The translations under genes were made by a program, and so were the position numbers. The notes under the pieces were generated by a model. It was not told where the DNA came from and ran no database searches. It saw only the letters and a list, made by a program, of their open reading frames with translations. A stretch of DNA of 61,630 bases, filler included, from Thermodesulfobacteriota bacterium (GTDB lineage: Bacteria > DASVDK01), in the NCBI GenBank assembly GCA_036381125.1. It is 4 parts of 4 records of this genome, joined end to end, with 100 filler letters (N's around TTAATTAATTAA, not from the genome) between each part and the next. Parts side by side here need not be neighbours in the genome. Positions count along the whole stretch, not along the records: positions 47,276 to 61,630 come from DASVDK010000352.1; 3 more parts are not named here. One strand, 5' to 3'. Positions 58,659 through 61,630 of this stretch are shown here, one piece after another; the stretch's first letter is position 1, and each line of letters opens with the position of its first letter.

Positions 58659-59287
58659 GTGGTCATCTCCCGGACGCCGTACCGGGCCTTGAGCTCGCGG
58701 CCGACCTCGAGCTGCGGGCGATCCGGCGTCCATGCCATGTTCGTGATCTGGTCGAGCGGCCGCAGGTGCCGCTCCGGCGCCCGATGGCAGTCGAGGCACC
58801 ACCCCATCGTGAGCGGGGCGACCTGGAAGACCCGCGGCATGAGGTCGACGCGCCCGTGGCAGCTCACGCACCCGATCCCCTTGCCGACGTGGATCGCGTG
58901 ATCGAAATAGACGAAGTCGGGGAGCTGGTGCACGCGATTCCAGGCGATCGGCCGGCCGGTCTCGTAGCTCGCGCGGACGGGGGCGAGCAGCGGGCTCGTG
59001 TTCCAGATCTGCCCGTGGCAGTTCATGCAGAGCGAGGTCGAGGGGATGCCGGCCGTGCTGGATCGCTCGACGGCGCTGTGGCAGTAGCGGCAGTCGATGC
59101 CGTCGTCGGCGACGTGATGGCGGTGGTCGAACTGGACCGGCTGCTCGATGGGGTAGCCCTGGCCGAGGTTGTACGGCGTCCGGACCCACGCCATGAGGGC
59201 GACCGGGAGCCCGAGGACGAGCAGCACGACGGCGGCGATGACGCCGCGCGCCACACGGTTCGACCAGCGGGGGAAGAGGGCCGCCAT
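58637..59287 (-). CDS. actA: Alternative complex III pentaheme cytochrome c ActA
   Basis: N-terminal TM, QPVQFDHRHH, five CxxCH motifs (CRYCH, CMNCH, CVSCH, CLDCH, CTTCH). Confidence 0.93.
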   Translation of the reverse strand: MAALFPRWSNRVARGVIAAVVLLVLGLPVALMAWVRTPYNLGQGYPIEQPVQFDHRHHVADDGIDCRYCHSAVERSSTAGIPSTSLCMNCHGQIWNTSPLLAPVRASYETGRPIAWNRVHQLPDFVYFDHAIHVGKGIGCVSCHGRVDLMPRVFQVAPLTMGWCLDCHRAPERHLRPLDQITNMAWTPDRPQLEVGRELKARYGVREMTTCTTCHR

Positions 59288-59347
59288 TGCCGTACGCCGC
59301 TGCACGACGCACGCCCGGGCGGGGTTGAGTCGGCGCGACCCGAAGGG

Positions 59348-59363
59348 TGGCCCGTCGTCTGCA
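59348..59363 (+). promoter_or_regulatory. Candidate sigma-54 promoter upstream of mrpA
   Basis: TGGCCCGTCGTCTGCA, GG-N10-GC, about 40 nt before ATG. Confidence 0.4.
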
Positions 59364-59402
59364 ATCGGGAGCGGTTTCCTCGTGGCGGGGGGCCACCGGC
59401 AG

Positions 59403-61630
59403 ATGGACCTGTACCTCGTCGTCGCCGCTCCCTTCGTCGCGGCGGCGCTCGTCGCGCTCCTCGGCCGCCGGCTGGGGCGGGCGCTCCCGCTGCTGCCGAT
59501 CGCCGTGTCCCTCGGGCTCTCGGTCGACCTGCTGCGCCGGCTGCCCGGGGTGATGGCCGGCGAGGCGGCGGCGGTCGCGGTCGCCTGGGCCCCGTCGCTC
59601 GGCGTGTCGCTCGCCTTCCGGCTCGACGCGCTCGCCCTGCTGCTCGCCCTGCTCGTGACCGCGATCGGCGCGCTGGTGCTCTGGTACGCCGACGGCTACC
59701 TCTCGCCCGACGAGGACCGGCCGGCGTTCTTCCTCTACATGACGCTCTTCCTCGGCGCGATGCTGGGACTCGTGCTCGCGGACGACCTGGTCGTCCTCTT
59801 CCTGTTCTGGGAGCTGACCACCTACGCCTCGTTCCTGCTCATCGGGTTCCACCACCGGCAGGCCGAGGCGCGCCGGGCGGCCGTCACGGCGCTCCTCGTC
59901 ACGGCGGCGGGCGGCCTGGCGCTCCTCGCCGCCGCCGCCTGGCTGGCGACCCTCACCGGGACGCTCCGGCTCTCCGGGCTCCCGGCGGCGGTCGCCGCGC
60001 TCGGCGACCACGCGGCCAGGCCGGGGATCGTGCTGCTCGTCCTCCTGGCGGCCGCGACCAAGTCGGCCCAGGTGCCGTTCCACGCCTGGCTGCCCGCGGC
60101 CATGGCGGCGCCGACGCCGGTGAGCGCCTACCTGCACTCGGCCACGATGGTCAACGGCGGCGTCTACCTCCTCGCGCGCTTCGCGCCGGCGCTGGGCGGC
60201 GATCCCTGGTGGACGCCGGCGGTGACGGCGACCGGCCTCGCCTCGATGGTCGTCGGCGGCTACCTGGCCCTGCGCGACGACGACGCCAAGCGCCTCCTGG
60301 CGCACTCCACCGTGAGCCAGCTCGGCATGATGGCAGCCCTCACCGGCCTCGCCACGCCGCTCGCGCTCTCCGCGGCGGCCTTCCACCTCTTCACGCACGC
60401 GACCTTCAAGGCGACGCTGTTCATGACGGCGGGCGCGGTGGACCACGCGGCCGGGTCGCGGAGGCTGTCGGAGGTCGGCGGGCTGGCGCGGGTCCTCCCG
60501 GTGGCGGCCGCGGCGGCGGCCGTGGCCGGGCTCGCCCTGGCGGGCGTGCCGCCCGGCAACGGCTACTTCAGCAAGGAGAACGTCCTCGCGGCGCTGGAGG
60601 AGGGCCCCTGGCCCGGCCTCACGCTGGCGGCCGCGGCGGCGGGGAGCCTCGCGAGCGCGCTCTACACGGCCCGGTACTGGTTCGGGACCTTCGCCGGCGA
60701 GAGGCCCGAGGCGCCCCGGGGCCCGCATCCGCCTCCGCTCGCCCTCGACCTGCCGGTCGCGATCCTCGCGCTGGTGGTGCTCGTCTCGGGCCTCGCGCCG
60801 TCGGGGGCCGCGCGCCTGGCGGAGGCGGCCGGCCGGAGCCTGACGGGCGAGGGGGGGCCGCTCCACCTCGCGCCGACCTGGGGGCCGGCGCTCTGGGTCA
60901 CCCTCGGCGTCTACGCGGCCGCCGCGCTGCTCCTGGTCACGTCCTGGGGGCGGCTCGCGCGCCTGCCGGCCCCTCGGTGGAGCACCGGGGGGCTCCTCGA
61001 AGGCCTCGGCGCCTGGACCGTCTGCGTCGGGCGCCGCCTCACCGAGGCCTACGAGACGCGCGGGCTGCCGGCGTACCTGCTCTGCGTCGCCGCGTTCCTC
61101 GCCTGCCTCGCCTGGTGGGGCACGCTCTGGGCCTGGCCTCCCGGCGACCTGGCGCCGGGCGCGGTGCCGCCGTACGCGCCCCTCCTCGCCGGGCTGAGCG
61201 TCGGGGGGGCGGCCGTGACCCTCCGGTCGCGGCGCCGCCTGACCCTCCTGCTGTCGCTGTCGGCCGTGGGCGTGAGCGTCGTCCTCCTGTTCGTCGTCCT
61301 GCGTGCGCCGGACCTCGCGCTCACCCAGTTCCTCGTCGACTCGCTGAGCCTCGTCCTCATCCTGCTGGTCCTGGGGCGCACCCCCGTGATCGAGCCGGAC
61401 CCGACGGGCCCGACCCGCCGGGGGGTGGAGGCGGTCGTCGCGGCCGCGGTGGGGGCCGGCGTCCTCGGGATCGGCCTCGTGGCCTACGGCACGCCGCGCT
61501 TCCCGTCGATCTCGGCCTGGATGCTGGAGCGGAGCGAGCCGGCCACGGGGGGCGTGAACGTGGTGAACGCGATCGTCGTCGACTTCCGCAGCCTCGACAC
61601 CCTCGGCGAGATCACCGTCTTCGGCATGGC
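59403..61630 (+). CDS. mrpA: Multisubunit Na+/H+ antiporter subunit MrpA/MnhA; runs off window end (absent from ORF track)
   Basis: Motifs translated by hand share the frame of ATG 59403: FRLDAL, FWELT, KSAQVPFHAWLP.AM.APTPVSAYLHSATMV, STVSQLG, HATFK, SKE, APDLALTQ, NVVNAIVVDFRSLDTLGE. Confidence 0.9.
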   Translation, partial: MDLYLVVAAPFVAAALVALLGRRLGRALPLLPIAVSLGLSVDLLRRLPGVMAGEAAAVAVAWAPSLGVSLAFRLDALALLLALLVTAIGALVLWYADGYLSPDEDRPAFFLYMTLFLGAMLGLVLADDLVVLFLFWELTTYASFLLIGFHHRQAEARRAAVTALLVTAAGGLALLAAAAWLATLTGTLRLSGLPAAVAALGDHAARPGIVLLVLLAAATKSAQVPFHAWLPAAMAAPTPVSAYLHSATMVNGGVYLLARFAPALGGDPWWTPAVTATGLASMVVGGYLALRDDDAKRLLAHSTVSQLGMMAALTGLATPLALSAAAFHLFTHATFKATLFMTAGAVDHAAGSRRLSEVGGLARVLPVAAAAAAVAGLALAGVPPGNGYFSKENVLAALEEGPWPGLTLAAAAAGSLASALYTARYWFGTFAGERPEAPRGPHPPPLALDLPVAILALVVLVSGLAPSGAARLAEAAGRSLTGEGGPLHLAPTWGPALWVTLGVYAAAALLLVTSWGRLARLPAPRWSTGGLLEGLGAWTVCVGRRLTEAYETRGLPAYLLCVAAFLACLAWWGTLWAWPPGDLAPGAVPPYAPLLAGLSVGGAAVTLRSRRRLTLLLSLSAVGVSVVLLFVVLRAPDLALTQFLVDSLSLVLILLVLGRTPVIEPDPTGPTRRGVEAVVAAAVGAGVLGIGLVAYGTPRFPSISAWMLERSEPATGGVNVVNAIVVDFRSLDTLGEITVFGM

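Noticed and set aside
55725-60866. 1713-aa giant ActB
   Set aside because: The N-terminal 730 or so residues are open frame across actA and antisense mrpA; ActB homology begins at the Tat motif near 58640

Overview
High-GC window made of four contigs joined by 100-nt N/TTAATTAATTAA spacers (22750-22849, 38144-38243, 47176-47275), so adjacency across spacers is not biological. Gene order resembles Myxococcota/Desulfobacterota-type (deltaproteobacterial) genomes (inference). Contig 1: tctBAC; a proteostasis cluster (dnaK, dnaJ-like, atypical Clp/Hsp100 ATPase, DUF1844, degP); rlmE; ispE-spoVG-tRNA-Gln-prs-rplY-pth-rpsF-rpsR-DUF2232-rplI-dnaB; a sugar ABC transporter. Contig 2: truncated selenocysteine formate dehydrogenase alpha subunit with SECIS; thioesterase-rnr-ribF-aroE; pilBTCSR-pilA. 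Contig 3: family III CoA-transferase, thioesterase, thrC, amidohydrolase plus peptide-type ABC transporter, hutI. Contig 4: alternative complex III (actA-G), SCO and A2-type caa3 oxidase, divergent from mrpA. Best novelty candidate: a ClpA-sized ATPase with intact ATPase motifs and an LGF loop but both pore-loop tyrosines replaced, with a structured leader and linked to DUF1844 and DegP. Also notable: repeated leaderless promoter architecture, a 17-bp bidirectional promoter and several apparent non-canonical start codons. All calls come from motif recognition by eye; no searches were run.
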